DNA from: the human T2T-CHM13v2.0 reference genome, Homo sapiens
Direction: 5' to 3' (one strand)
Length of the DNA: 64,000 nt
NCBI RefSeq assembly: GCF_009914755.1
Contig: NC_060926.1
Part shown: positions 15,380 to 28,305 of the stretch, one piece after another
Position numbering within the stretch: position 1 is the stretch's first letter
How the letters are laid out: each line of letters starts with the position of its first letter
Translations under genes and position numbers: made by a program
Notes under the pieces: generated by a model
What the model was told of the DNA's origin: nothing
Database searches by the model: none
What the model saw: only the letters and a program-made list of their open reading frames with translations

Positions 15380-15686
15380 AGCCAGTTGTGGTGGCTCAGC
15401 CCAGAAATCCCAGCACTTTGGGAGGCCGAGTTGGGCAGATCGCCTGAGGTCAGGAGTTTGAGACCAACCTGGCCAACATGGTGAAACCCTGTCTATACTA
15501 AAAATGCAAAAATTAGCTGGGCGTGGTGGCGGGCACCTGTAATCCCTACTACTCAGGAGGTTGAGGTAGGAGAATTGCTTGAACCCAGGAGATGGAGGTT
15601 GCAGCGAGCCAAGAATGCGCCACTGCACTCCAGCCTGGGCAACAGGGCAAGACTCCATCTCAAAAAAAAAAAACAAAAAAAACAAA
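15380..15686 (+). mobile_element. Alu (AluS-like)
   Basis: Full dimer with A-rich linker and A tail; explains ORFs 15350-15706, 15553-15735 and 15579-15785. Confidence 0.95.
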
Positions 15687-16279
15687 TCATTTTTAATAAA
15701 ACACATTTATAGTTTGTATTTATTTCATGTACCACTTTACAATTGTGGCATCTATATCTTTATCTACAGGCTTGCCAAAACATAACTTAAAAAAAAAGTA
15801 AAAGAAAGAATACATTTTGCAAATGGAATCTTATAAGAATATTGCCTATAATGGTGAGGCATTTAAGATTGCTTCTTTTGGATCGAATTCCAGGGACTAA
15901 TTATTGATAGTTTCAGAATGTCCTTGCTTTTAATCCATGTCAGCCATCTGACAAATCCTTAACGTGTATATAAAGGAAGCATATTGTCAATTTCCAGTAT
16001 ATTATTATTTAATTATATTTTAATTTCCTAATGACAGATGGAATCCCTTTATATGCCAGCCTGTTGCTCTATGCTTCAGCTTAAATTCCTATGTTAAAAT
16101 AAAGTGAATTCTTCTATTTCAGTCTAGAACAATAGTTTTCTGAACGAAGGGGATTGAGCCTGAGAAGCTGGAAATATTCAAAACACTTCTGCACAAAATT
16201 CCGTATATGCCATTGGATATAATTTGAATATCAGTAACTTACACATCAGAGCTATGTCAAATATAAAGCTCTAATTTTA

Positions 16280-16577
16280 GGCCAGGTGCGGTGGCTTATG
16301 CCTGTAATCCCAGCACTTTGGGAGGCCAAGGCAGGAGGATTACCTGAGGTCAGGAGTTCAAGACCAGCCTGGCCAAGATGGTGAAACCCTGTCTCTACTA
16401 AAAATACAAAAATCAGCCAGGCATGTTGGTGGGTGCCTGTGATCCCAGCTACTTGAGAGGCTGAGGCAGAGAATTGCTTGAACCCAGGAGGCAGTGGTTG
16501 CAGTGAGCCAAGATCACGCCATGCACTCTAGCCTGGGGGACAGAGCTAGACTTCATCTCAAAAAAAAAAAAAAAAAA
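16280..16577 (+). mobile_element. Alu (AluS-like) with TSD
   Basis: GGCCAGGTGCGGTGGCT... to poly-A; TSD ending TCTAATTTTAG on both sides. Confidence 0.95.
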
Positions 16578-16827
16578 GGTCTAATTTTAGTGGTTGGAAA
16601 ATCATATTTTAGACATTGTTTTTTAGACATTTTTATTTAAAAGCTTTCAATAGCTTACCCTTTCAATAGCTTACCCTTTTACTTTTTATATAACATGTCT
16701 CTATTTTTAAAATATAAAAGGAATACTCTTTTTTCTTGTCTTTGAAAACAAATTAAGGAATAAAAGATTCCTTTCGGCATAAATACACATTATTAGACTT
16801 AGGAGAAAAATGTAAGGTTAAGTATAG

Positions 16828-17125
<298 letters not shown>

Positions 17126-17214
17126 GATCACTTTTCATACCTGAAAAGATTTTGCTTATTAGACCGCCTGTTATGCATATAACTTTATTCAGTAGCAATT
17201 TTTTTACTTTTATT

Positions 17215-17606
17215 ATTATTTTTAGTGGACATATAATGATTCTATGTATTTATGGGGTACAGTGTGATATTTCAATACATGTATGCAATATGTAAGCTCA
17301 AATCAGGGTAATTAGCATAGCCATCACCTCAAACATTATTATTTCTTTGTTTTCTTGGAAACACTTGAAACCTACTCTTCTAGGTATTTGAAAATATACA
17401 ATAAATTGTTGATTATAGTGACCCGATAGTCCCATAAAACATTAGCACGTATTCCTCCTATCCAGCTGGAGCTCCTCATCGGTTAACCAATCTCTGGCTA
17501 TCCCTCTCTTTCCTCTACTTTTGCCTGCCTCTGATAACTACTATTCTACTGTCTACTTCTATGGAATCTACATTTTTAGCTTCTGCATATGAGTGAGAAC
17601 ATGTGT
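17215..17606 (-). mobile_element. L1 3' UTR end (L1MA-like)
   Basis: TATTTATGGGGTACAGTGTGATATTTCAATACATG...CATATGAGTGAGAACATG is an antisense L1MA 3' end. Confidence 0.85.
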
Positions 17607-17857
17607 TGCTTCTAAAGATGAAAAAAATGCGAGTATATTAGAGATTATAGAACAGACTCAACCCTTATAATACCTGTGACTTTAGCTTATACTTACAGGA
17701 TTTTCTTCTCAACAATTATTTATGGGGACAATCCTATGAAACCCAGTTATGGTAAAACTCCAGTTTGTACGTTTTCATATGCTAAGGATCAGGGGAAACC
17801 TTGGGCAAGATTACACTCCACAAATCTTAGATGACACAAAATATTAAGTTATGAAAA

Positions 17858-17930
17858 TTATATATATATGTTATATATGTTATATATCTTATATATACAT
17901 ATGTTATATATACATGTTATATATATATAA
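17858..17930. repeat. (TA)n-rich low-complexity tract
   Basis: Visible degenerate TA repeat. Confidence 0.9.
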
Positions 17931-18118
17931 AAGTGCATCTGACTTTATTCATAAAACAGGTTTAGTTATTTGTAAATCTTTAAAAATAGCTTATTCTCTG
18001 GTATTATGACCCAGAAGATCTTCCATGAAATAAGTAAATTTTGAGACATTCTCCTTCTATGAGTTATGGTTTTAGTAACTAATGAATTATCTCCTTGTCT
18101 GGGATGTCTTAGTTTAGT

Positions 18119-18156
18119 CACACACACACACACACACAGACACACACACACACACA
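18119..18156. repeat. (CA)n microsatellite
   Basis: Visible CA run. Confidence 0.95.
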
Positions 18157-20433
18157 AACTTGGTATCTTTTTAAAAAAATTTATGTTGGTCAAGGCATTT
18201 AAAATGTGGGATATGGGAAGAGATGGATATAACATTTTGAGGCCTGAAAAGTATGAAGTTTTGGAACCTCCCCCTCCCCTGAGAAGAAGAATGCAAAATT
18301 ATAAATATAAAAATAGGTACAGGATCTTGGAGGCTATCTTTGCTAGTGAGGTGCCGAGATGCTGAAGCTTAAAGATTAAGGCCTTTCCGTGAAGCTTCAG
18401 ATTCTTTTCTCATCTCCTTTTTTCCTCCTGCACTTTATTCCCAAGGGGAAGAATTAACGTTGATGGTCAAAGACATTTATAATGCTAATGTGTTAATGTA
18501 CTAGTCTATCTATCTGTGTCTCACTCCCTCTCTCTCATCATTTCTCACTCACTCTCTTGCTCTCCCTCAAACTCAGTTGTCTTTTTGTAGATTTTTAAAA
18601 ATCATACCTTCCTTTTCCTGCAGTTTTAGGTTGGGATATATCTTGAGAAGACCTGGGGTGGGACAACTATGGTTTTTATTGAATAAGAAACTTTTACTTT
18701 CCCCTTTCTCCCTTGAGGTACTTTTCTTTGTACTCATTATTCCTTGTCATTGGGGTTTTTAGATATAGGAGACTAAGACTCTTTTAGGTATAGAGTTTAG
18801 GTCAAATGTCTCAAACCCAAAGCCAGGAGTGTGATGAGAATGCAGAAAATAGACCTGGAGTAAGAGAAAAAATGAGCGACAGAGGCTGGAATGTTTGCCT
18901 TCTGGTCAGAGCAGCCCAGATGTTCCCCGATAGGCAGTTGATTCTAGCGGTGCAGATCTTTGTTTTCTGTCCCCAGAAAAAGAAGCAGTGAGGCTTTGAA
19001 AATAAGAGACCAGCTAATTTTTAATGTTTGCAAGCAATTTAGTACGTCTAACAATACACTGACAGCCAAAACCTATATGAGCCTGTTGCAGTGAATGGTC
19101 ATCAATTTGTAATCTAAAATCTATAGGCAAAGGGGAAAATGGGATTGTCAGTGGATTTGGGCTGCTTAATTCTGTCTATAGCTTAGGGAAAAGGAATCTC
19201 CTTATGGCCAGCATAGGTGTTCAGGGCTTTTGTCTACTACTTCTGAGGAATGAAGAACATGTATTCGCTTAGCCACAGCCACTGCACATATATATCTTCT
19301 GGAGAGATCTCAGGTGAAGTGAAGATGGAGATAGGACTGAGAGGAAGTGGCTGGTGGTAGGACAATATTCAGGCATTCATGATCTTAGATTTCTAATAAA
19401 ATACCATTTCAATTCTACCTTACAGGGTATTAACTGCCTGTACTTTCTCTTTAGGAGATTTCTGCAGCTTATTCTTGGGATTTAATTTATAGAAACTATT
19501 TCTTAACCCTGTAGCTGAGGGATTTTATGGTTTCCAGTACATCCAGGACTGCCATGCTATTGAGGATTTTCATATTCCCACATTAAATGTAGAGAGGAGC
19601 CCGATTATACAGAATGCTTTTCCTGTCATTTGGCCTCTTGACATTTCCCGTATGTTCTATAACTGAGCCTGGCAGGGATTTTGTACGTAGTTTAAATCAC
19701 TTAAAAAAAAGCAGGTCTGGAATCTCATTTCCTTTTTTCTCTAGGGAACATCCATGTTCTAAATTGACATCAACACATGATAGAAATTGGTCACTCCCTG
19801 ATATAGTCTTTCAGGAATTTTTGCTATTTTAAGGCCTATTATTATTTCCAGCAGTTGCTACTTCATAATTCAGCAAAATACAGTCATCCAGAACTGTCTG
19901 ACATATCAGTAGTTCTGTTCCTGGCCTTAACTCCCTGGTAGCTAGCCCTGCCACTTAACACAGACATGATAGGGGGCAAGAGCTTATGGGCTTTGAGTCT
20001 AAGAAAAAATGTAGTCCAATCTGTTTCCACTCCTCTCTCTTTACTTTTCCTGGGAATCTAGGTTTGTTTGGTAACTCTCAGCAGCCTTATCTGAATGGAG
20101 TCAATCAAGTTTTTAGACTGCATCCTGCCTCTGCCAGTCTAACTGCATCTGCAACAATTTTTTTGTGTGTGCAAAATGAGGGGTGAGAACAGTGAAGACA
20201 GTGAAGAAGAGAACAGACAAAGAAAACTCACAGGGTTTTTTGCAAGATACAAAATAATAACAGAGAATATAGGCAAGAGACACATATGAGACTATAAGAA
20301 GAAATCAATAGGGAGGAGTTAGAAAAAAATGTATGCTCAATTACAATATTTTTGCTCCTTCCTAACTTCTAAAGAGCATTTGAGTGTTTTGCAGAATTTC
20401 TTCAATTCTACATGAGGGTACTTAGTGGAATAA

Positions 20434-20779
<346 letters not shown>

Positions 20780-21939
20780 TGAGTATTTTTTTTATTACTT
20801 ATTTATGTTCATTATGCTAGTTCACTATAAGATTTTACATCCACCTGGTTGCTAAATTAATGCTTCATAGGACAGAATACTTACTGACAACCCAATCTTA
20901 CATTCTTCCTATAAATGCTTTTGTTTTGTTTTCGAGGTTTTTGAATCTCTGAGGTTTCAAAACATGGATAACTGAAGATTCATTAACTTAGGCACTAATG
21001 AGTTTCTAAATAAAGGTTTGCATGGATGCAGCCTTATGTACTTAAAAATTTAGCCAACTTCAGAGAATAAATCAACCGAGCATGGCAGGAAAGAGCATGC
21101 GAGGACTCTGCAGCTGCAAGGACTTTTTAAAAAAGTAATTGAAAAGAGGTCATTTTCAACCATAGTTTATAGCATATCAGTTTGTAGTAGGTGGTGGGGA
21201 CTGATTCTGAGCTGTTGTTTGCTTAGATGACTAAGTTGTCATTTTTAATTAGCTTTATGCTTTTCTTAAAGGCTAATTGCTTTTTTTTAAAAAATCAGGA
21301 TTGCTTGATTGCTAATGACAAGGGTGCTATGGTTACATATTTTTTACAGAAAATTCTCCAACCTACCAGGTTGTACAGAACTATATGTCTTTTGGGTTTC
21401 TTTTACAATAATGTACATGTTTTTAAAACCAGAAAAATACATATTTACTAATAATATTAGTAAAATAAAACATCTTGTTTTTGGCAAGAGGATCACTGCT
21501 AACATATTTAACAAAACATAAACAAACATTCATGGTCCTATTTGGAGTTAAAATATATTTTATATCTCCATTTCCTTACAACTAGCATAATTTTCTGGAC
21601 AAATACACTGCAACAGCCAAATAAGTATGCTGAATATAGAAGTCATTTTACTGATACCCCCTGTTGGGAGGTATATGCTATAGGGGGTTTTCTTATCCAA
21701 CTCCTATTCTGAATCATACTGTGTCATCCACATTTTCTTATTGCTGTGACTTACTGTGTACAAGGTTTAGGTGAAAGGATAGCATCAGAGTGTTGTTTTT
21801 GACTGTAGGAGAGAGATTTTACTTCTGCAGAGCTAATTGGTTCCTCAATTAACAGGTAATGTTGTTTGTTACCTCTCTAGGAAGCAGCCAGGTGAGTTAA
21901 ACACCTCAGATTAATAATGTTCAAATTTTCATGGAGTAC

Positions 21940-22640
21940 TCTCAGGTTGCACATTTTCTGATCACCTACTACATGGCAGGCACTGTTCATGCCACTGAAC
22001 AAAACAGATGAAAACCCCTGTCCACAGGGAACTTAGAATCTAGTGGGAGAAAACAGATGATAAATAAAATGAGTAGGTAAATGAAGTGGAACATGAGAAG
22101 GCAATAAGTGTTATGAGGAAAAAAATGACATAGGGAAGGGAGAGGTGCCGGTGAGAGTAGGAGAATTGCAATGTCAACGGGGAGGCCAAAGATGGATTCA
22201 TTTAGAAGGTGATATTTAAACACAGATTTGAAGGAAGTGAGCTCAGGGATATGTGGGAGAGCAGTGCAGATAAAGACAACTGCACGTGCAGAAGCCCAGG
22301 GGTGGGAGTGCCTGGTATGTTCATGGAAGAGCAAGGTTGCTGTAGCATGAGAGAGCAACAAGGAAGATACACAGGAGATTAGGTGAGAGTGATAAGGTGG
22401 GATGAATCTTACGCAGCCTCAGAGACCCTCAGAAGGATTTTGGGTTTCATGGTTCAGGAGAGGGGAAGGAGGGTGCTGAGTGAGGGAATGCCAGGATCTC
22501 ATTTAGGATCTAACAAGAGTACTCTCCTGAAGAGAGAACAAATGGAGGACGACAAGGCTATAGGCTGAGGGATCATTTCTGAAGCTAGTGCAATAGTCCA
22601 GGCAGAGAAAGTGAATTTTGTTCTATCTTTAATGTTTCTC
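21940..22640 (-). mobile_element. L2 LINE 3' portion (L2a-like)
   Basis: CACCTACTACATGGCAGGCACTGTTC...GAACAAAACAGA...TCTAGTGGGAG...GCAATAGTCCAGGCAGAGA is antisense L2; explains ORF 21987-22361. Confidence 0.85.
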
Positions 22641-24043
22641 CAGTTATCACAGTAGAAAACATTAGTTCATTACCCTCACAGAGAAAATTGTGGTGAAGCA
22701 TTGAGAAGTCACTAGAAGCTCTGAACGTGACTCCATTCTTCACACTTTCTCCAGTCATAGAATTCACCACAGGGAAAGCCTTCCATCGAACCTGTGATAT
22801 TTTGGTAAATATGTAATTATACATGCAGCATCTTCATATGTTCTTTTCAGCAAACAATTAATATAAACCAGATGTGTGGTGAGTCAGAATCCTCTCTGGA
22901 GGCTGTCCTGAGAAAGTAAAGACATATTGATTTAGAGGCCACACCTGCAGTTCTTGCTGCTGTTTGCTGCTTCTGCTGCAGCTTTGACATCAGCTGCTTA
23001 AGGAAAGCCTCTGCTTCCAAAATCCTCTCTTCTTGATTAAGTGGAGGAACTCTGGGTCAAGAAGATTCTTTAATCACTTCATTGCAAAGCACAGAGCATC
23101 AAGAAATGACATCGTCTTATAGGAGCTCACTAAACCCCACCTGATATTTAACATGATCTGCTTGCTTTATAGTGAGCTCAAAGCAATCACTTCTAAAGTT
23201 ATCTGTGAAAATAAAGACTCAGAAAATGTAAGAACAGGTAGGAGTATTTGAAAGGTTTCGAGTAAATATAAAACCTTGCACTGTTTTCCTGATAAACCAA
23301 GAAATACGGACTTTCACTGTAAGCAAGACTGTACACTTAAGATATTTAAAAGAGGGGGGGGGGGAAATGGCTTTATTAAGTGGACAAGTAGTCAAGGAAA
23401 AGGTTGGGAATATTGGGAATTAAATTATTTATTATAGTAATCCAAAATCATAGCCAAACAAAGCTCTAGACATGACTCAGATGTAAACATTTTTTTTCTT
23501 TTAATTTCTCTTTTTGGTCATTTAAGTGATGAGTGAAACTTTAAGATTGATGAAAAGTACAGTGTTATAATAGTTTTCATAAAGAGTAAAAGTCTGATAA
23601 TTTTTCAGGGTAATGGCAGTAACCATCCCACTTTGGGCATTGATTTTTTTTTTCAGATTTTAGTTATGTTGACCCAAATCATCACATCCAGATTATAATG
23701 TGAAGTCTCTACTTGTAATAATATTTTATTAATAAAGGTTATTAACCCATCACTAAATTTTTATCATGATTGGATCTTCACTTTTACAAAGAAATCCTGA
23801 TTTCTTATTAACCATTCATGTTCAAGGTGGAGTAATTTGTGTACCTACTAAGGTAGGCAATTTGGATTGTTTTTCTCTTGGTCCAGATGAACTTACACTT
23901 CCTCTTTTAATCAATAGTCCAAGAGTATTTTGTCAATGGAAGTGATAGGTCCAAGCAAGAGCTTAGTATTTCAGGCTAGGGGAGCAAATGTACTAATATG
24001 GGAAAAAGTTATAAATGGGGATTATAAAATAAGCACTCTCTTA

Positions 24044-24410
24044 GGGCTATCATCTGAATATTGGTATCCATCCCCAAATTCATATGTTGAACTCCTACCT
24101 ACCAAAGTAATGGTATGAGGAGGTGGGGTGTTTGGGGGATGATTAGATCATGAGAACTGAAACCTCATGATTTGGATTAGTGCTCTTATACAAGAGACCC
24201 CAGAGAGCTAATTGGCCCCTTTAACCATGTGAGGACACAGTAAAATGATTTCATCCGTAAGCCCGAGATCAGGCTCTTACCAGACACTGTATCTGCCAAT
24301 GCCTTGATATTGGACTTCTCAGCCTCCAGAACGATAAGAAATAAATTTCTGTTGTTTATAAACTACCCAGTTTATGGTATTTTATAATAGCAGCCCAAAC
24401 AGACTAAGGC
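24044..24410 (+). mobile_element. MaLR LTR (MLT1A-like)
   Basis: CCCCAAATTCATATGTTGAA...AGAAATAAATTTCTGTTGTTTATAA...CAGCCCAAACAGACTAAG. Confidence 0.9.
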
Positions 24411-24419
24411 CAAGAAAAA

Positions 24420-25120
24420 AAAACAAACTGGTATTTAGAAATTGATGTGCTGTGGTAACAAATACATAAATTGTGGAAGCTACCTTGAAACTGGGTAATG
24501 GGTAGAGACTGGGAGAATTTGGAGGAGCATGCCAGTACAAACCTTTATTGCTATGAGTGGACTTTTAAGGGTGGTTCTAGTGAGGACTCGAACCTAGTGG
24601 TTCTAGTGAGGAGCTGCAGAGAAAGCCTTAGTCCTCTTAGAGAATACCTAAGTGGTTGTTGTTCAGAATGTTGATGGAAATATGGGAAGTAATGGCCATT
24701 CTGATAAGGTGTCAGATGGAAATGAAGAACATGTTTTTGGAAACTGGAGGAAAAAAGATCCTTGTTATAAGAGGCAAAGAACTTGACTGAATTGTGTTTT
24801 TGTCCTAGTATTTTGCAGAAGGTAGAACTTGTGAACAATGTGGCTGTTTAGCTGAAGCTATTTTCAAGCAAAGTGTTGAAGGTGAGGCTTTGCTTCTCTT
24901 GACTGCCTATTGTAAAATGCAAGAGAGAGAAATGACATAAAGACAGAAGTGTTAATCAAAGAGGAAGCAGAACTTAAACACTTGAAAAATTCTCAGCCTG
25001 TCTGCATCATCAAAATGAAAACAAAAACAAAAACAAAAATGTGTTCAGGAGAGAAAATGGGTGTGGCTAAAGCAGATTAGGGTGAATCAGCCATCTTAAT
25101 GGAAGCTAGGACCTATTGTT
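24420..25120 (+). mobile_element. MaLR internal region (MLT1-int), truncated
   Basis: Follows the LTR directly: AACTGGTA...TGTGGAAGCTACCTTGAAACTGGGTAATGGGTAGAGACTGG...TTGGAAACTGGAGGAAA. Confidence 0.85.
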
Positions 25121-27011
25121 TTAAAGATTGGAAAGTTGGACATCTCTTCAGTGTTGTCCTCTACTACTTGTGGTGTAGCACTAGGGTCTGAGAATACTCA
25201 GCACTGCCAAATTTCTCTACTTCCCCTACAAATTACTTGAACTTTTTGTTCTTCCATTTTCTCTCCCAATAAAAATTTATAATAGATTATTCCACAAATA
25301 TGAAGGGTGATAGAAATGATAATGCTTTCTTTTTTTAATCTCTGGACAAGATAAATGACTCAAGGGTAAGGAAATGCCTATTTGTTCTTCTTCTTCATTT
25401 TTTTTTTTTAGGAAAGAAGAATAAATTAATTTCATTTGAAGAAACCCAGATGTCCTTAAAATAAGCTGTGACTGCCAAAAGAGTTCTTTAGAAATTCTCT
25501 GATGAGTCAAAATTCCAAGGTTCTTTCCCATGTTGGCTTGTGTGGTTCCCTAATATTGCTTTGGGTTAGGTCAGACTGATAAGGGATCTCTCACTAAAAT
25601 GTTCCTACAATCCTCTCAGTTGTCAACCGGTTTTTTGAATTCAGGATTTCTCCAAAATCTTATCCCATCAGGTCATTTTTCATTTCTCACTGATCCCTGA
25701 GCTGAGCTGCACGTTAAACAATAAAGGGAACAGTATTTATACAAATGTTGATTGATTCAAATACTAATTGGCAATATATGTGTGCAGTAGTTTCCTTCAA
25801 TATATGTTATAATATTCATAACTAGTCTCATGTCCAGGATAGCAGACATTATGTATTTGGACACTATTTGTTATACTTCATTTAATTATCTCTCATAGAT
25901 TATCAATAGAGCATTTTAAAAAAATGAATAAGTGCATGCAGAGTGCTTCTCCATAACCAAATGGGTGTGTGTAATTTTTTCTTTGGTAAAATTTCCCAGA
26001 GACCCTTCTCTGAGATAGTCATTTAAATGATAGTGATCTTTGGATGATTTTGTTAGGATTAGATAATAAGGGTATGACTCATAAACATGTCATTTCAATC
26101 TGGGAACAAGTAACTATAACCCACTCTCTCTAGCCAAAAACCTCTCATTTTCATGGCTTTCCCACCCCCACATAAATGGCATACACCTCCAGTCTTTACA
26201 CTGGCAGGTTTTCTTAGAAAAATGACCCATTCCATGATGAAGAATACCTAAATCCCACAAGTAAAAGAAGCAGCCTGTTATTACTCTTCCTGTTCAGTAC
26301 ATGAAAAGCAAAGTATGTGAGAACCAGGCACAACCTGTAATTTGGTAGCCAAACAACAGATCTGTGCTGTAACAGGAAAAATAAAAATATAGTTCTACTT
26401 TGGTATTCTTGGATGGCCTGCCCTGGAGGAGTGAAACTGCTTGATTTTCTCACTTTCAGAACAATGTTCTTGTCTGCCACTAGATCCAACTGAAGAAGAT
26501 CCCGCACATGGGAAGTTCTGTGTTTGTTTCCATTCCAAGGACTGAGATTCAGGAATATATGCTTTTTATTTCCTCTGCCACATATAAGGCCTTCCTCTAC
26601 TGACACACATACTTTTCTCCTAAATGCATTTTAGGGTTGAACTGTTTTAGGCTGCATTTTCTTCTCTTTAAGCAAGGAACACTGTTGTCTCACTATCGGA
26701 GTGATCAGAATTCCTTCTATCTATGATTGACTGTAACTTGCCCTTGGCAGAACGGTTCTTCCTGCTTCAGTCTATAAGGCAATACAAAAAGATTGATAAT
26801 GGGCCTTGTTCTATCAATACCAATGACATATGTTGACCTTTTTGACATATGTTGACCTACATATTTAGGTCTATAATTTTTAAGCACATGCATGTACATA
26901 TATACCTATACCTATATATATATATATATATACACACATATATATATACACACATACACACAAATATATACTTGTATATATACACACATGAATATAGATA
27001 TATACATATAC

Positions 27012-27320
27012 TGTATTAGTCAGGGTTCTCTAGAGAGACAGAACTAATAGGACATACATATATATAAAGGGGAGTTTATTAAGGAGCATCAACTCACACG
27101 ATCACAAGGTCCCACAATAGACCATCTGCAAGCTGAAGAGCAAGGTCCCAAAGCTGTAGAACTTGGAGTCCAATGTTCGAGGGCAGGAAGCATCCAGCAC
27201 AAAAGAAAGATGTAGGCTGGGAGGCTAAGCCAGTCTAGTCTTTTCACGTTTTTCTGCCAGCTTTATATTCTGGCCGTGCTGGCAGCTGATAGATGGTGCC
27301 CATCCAGATTAAGGGTGGGT
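27012..27320 (-). mobile_element. MLT2A LTR (3' LTR of a HERV-L provirus), truncated
   Basis: TGTATTAGTCAGGGTTCTCTAGAGAGACAGAACTAATAGGA... ends abruptly at CCAGATTAAGGGTGGGTC. Confidence 0.92.
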
Positions 27321-27390
27321 CATATGTTGACCTACATATTTAGATCTATAGTTTTTAAACACATGCATGTACATACATACCTATACCTAT

Positions 27391-28078
27391 GCCTCTACTG
27401 GGGATGGGGAAGCTATTTCTCCTGGCAAAGAAAGGTTCATTAGATTTACAAACTCAGTGTCCTCAGCTTCATCAGTGTCCTCCCACACATCCCCATTCCA
27501 AGTTGCAGGGTCCCATTCTTTCCCAATCAATGCCCTTACTTTAACAGTGGACACCCGGCAAGGCTGTGCATGCAGCTTTCATTGGAGGTCAGCTACTGGC
27601 ATTACAAGAACTCATGTCTGATTTTCCACCATATCAGCTCTTTCTCTATGGGTGATAAGACTCTCACTCAGGGCAATCTTAGCAGATTTGAGGCTCAATA
27701 TCTGCTTCTGAAGCTGGGAGTTAGAATCTCTGAGTTCATTTTCTTTCATCACTTTTTCCAGTGATTTTAGGAGCAACCAACCAACTTCATTGTGTTCTTT
27801 GGTTCTCCACATATGGTCAAGGTATTATGTATAGAGTCACTAAACTCCTCGCCTCTCATGAGTGGTGAATCAGGAGTGTCAAATGGATTTATTGTGTATA
27901 ACTCTCTAAACAGTTCATGCCAAGGACTATCAGTGTTCTCCATGCCATTAGAAATAGAGTCCTTAGCATTTTGGGGTTTAATAATATTAAGCAGCCAACT
28001 CCAGAAACCCCAAAACCAATGAAAGAACTCCATCCTTAATATTCTCCATCCTCTAGAACCACTCCTGGTACCAAAATC
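27391..28078 (-). pseudogene. HERV-L internal 5' region: PBS(Leu) and N-terminal gag remnant
   Basis: Minus-strand peptides MENTDSPWHELFREL...DSPLMRGEEFSDSIHNT and MWRTKEHNEVGWLLL...SLKSAKIALSESL match HERV-L Gag; frameshifted, with stops. Confidence 0.9.
28059..28073 (-). other. Retroviral primer-binding site, tRNA-Leu
   Basis: Minus strand TGGTACCAGGAGTGG lies 5 nt inside the LTR end and is complementary to the 3' end of tRNA-Leu(TAA). Confidence 0.85.
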
Positions 28079-28116
28079 TGTATTAGTTAGGGTTCTCTGA
28101 AAGGACAGAACTAATA

Positions 28117-28158
<42 letters not shown>

Positions 28159-28305
28159 GAGTTATTAGGGAGTATTAACTCCCATGATCCCAGCCCACTG
28201 ACTCAAATATTAATCTCTTTTGGCAACACCCTCACAGACACACCCAGGAGCAATACTTTGCATCCTTCAATCCAATCAAGTTGACACTCAGTATTAAACA
28301 TCATA
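28079..28305 (-). mobile_element. MLT2A LTR (5' LTR of the HERV-L provirus), internally deleted, contains (CA)n
   Basis: TGTATTAGTTAGGGTTCTC... and ...CATCCTTCAATCCAATCAAGTTGACACTCAGTATTAA; candidate 5-bp TSD TATAC (27007-27011) / TATGC (28306-28310). Confidence 0.9.

Noticed and set aside
15350-15785. Alu-like peptide ORFs (also 16861, 20337, 20661, 50276, 50290, 62881, 62978)
   Set aside because: Translations of Alu sequence, not genes.
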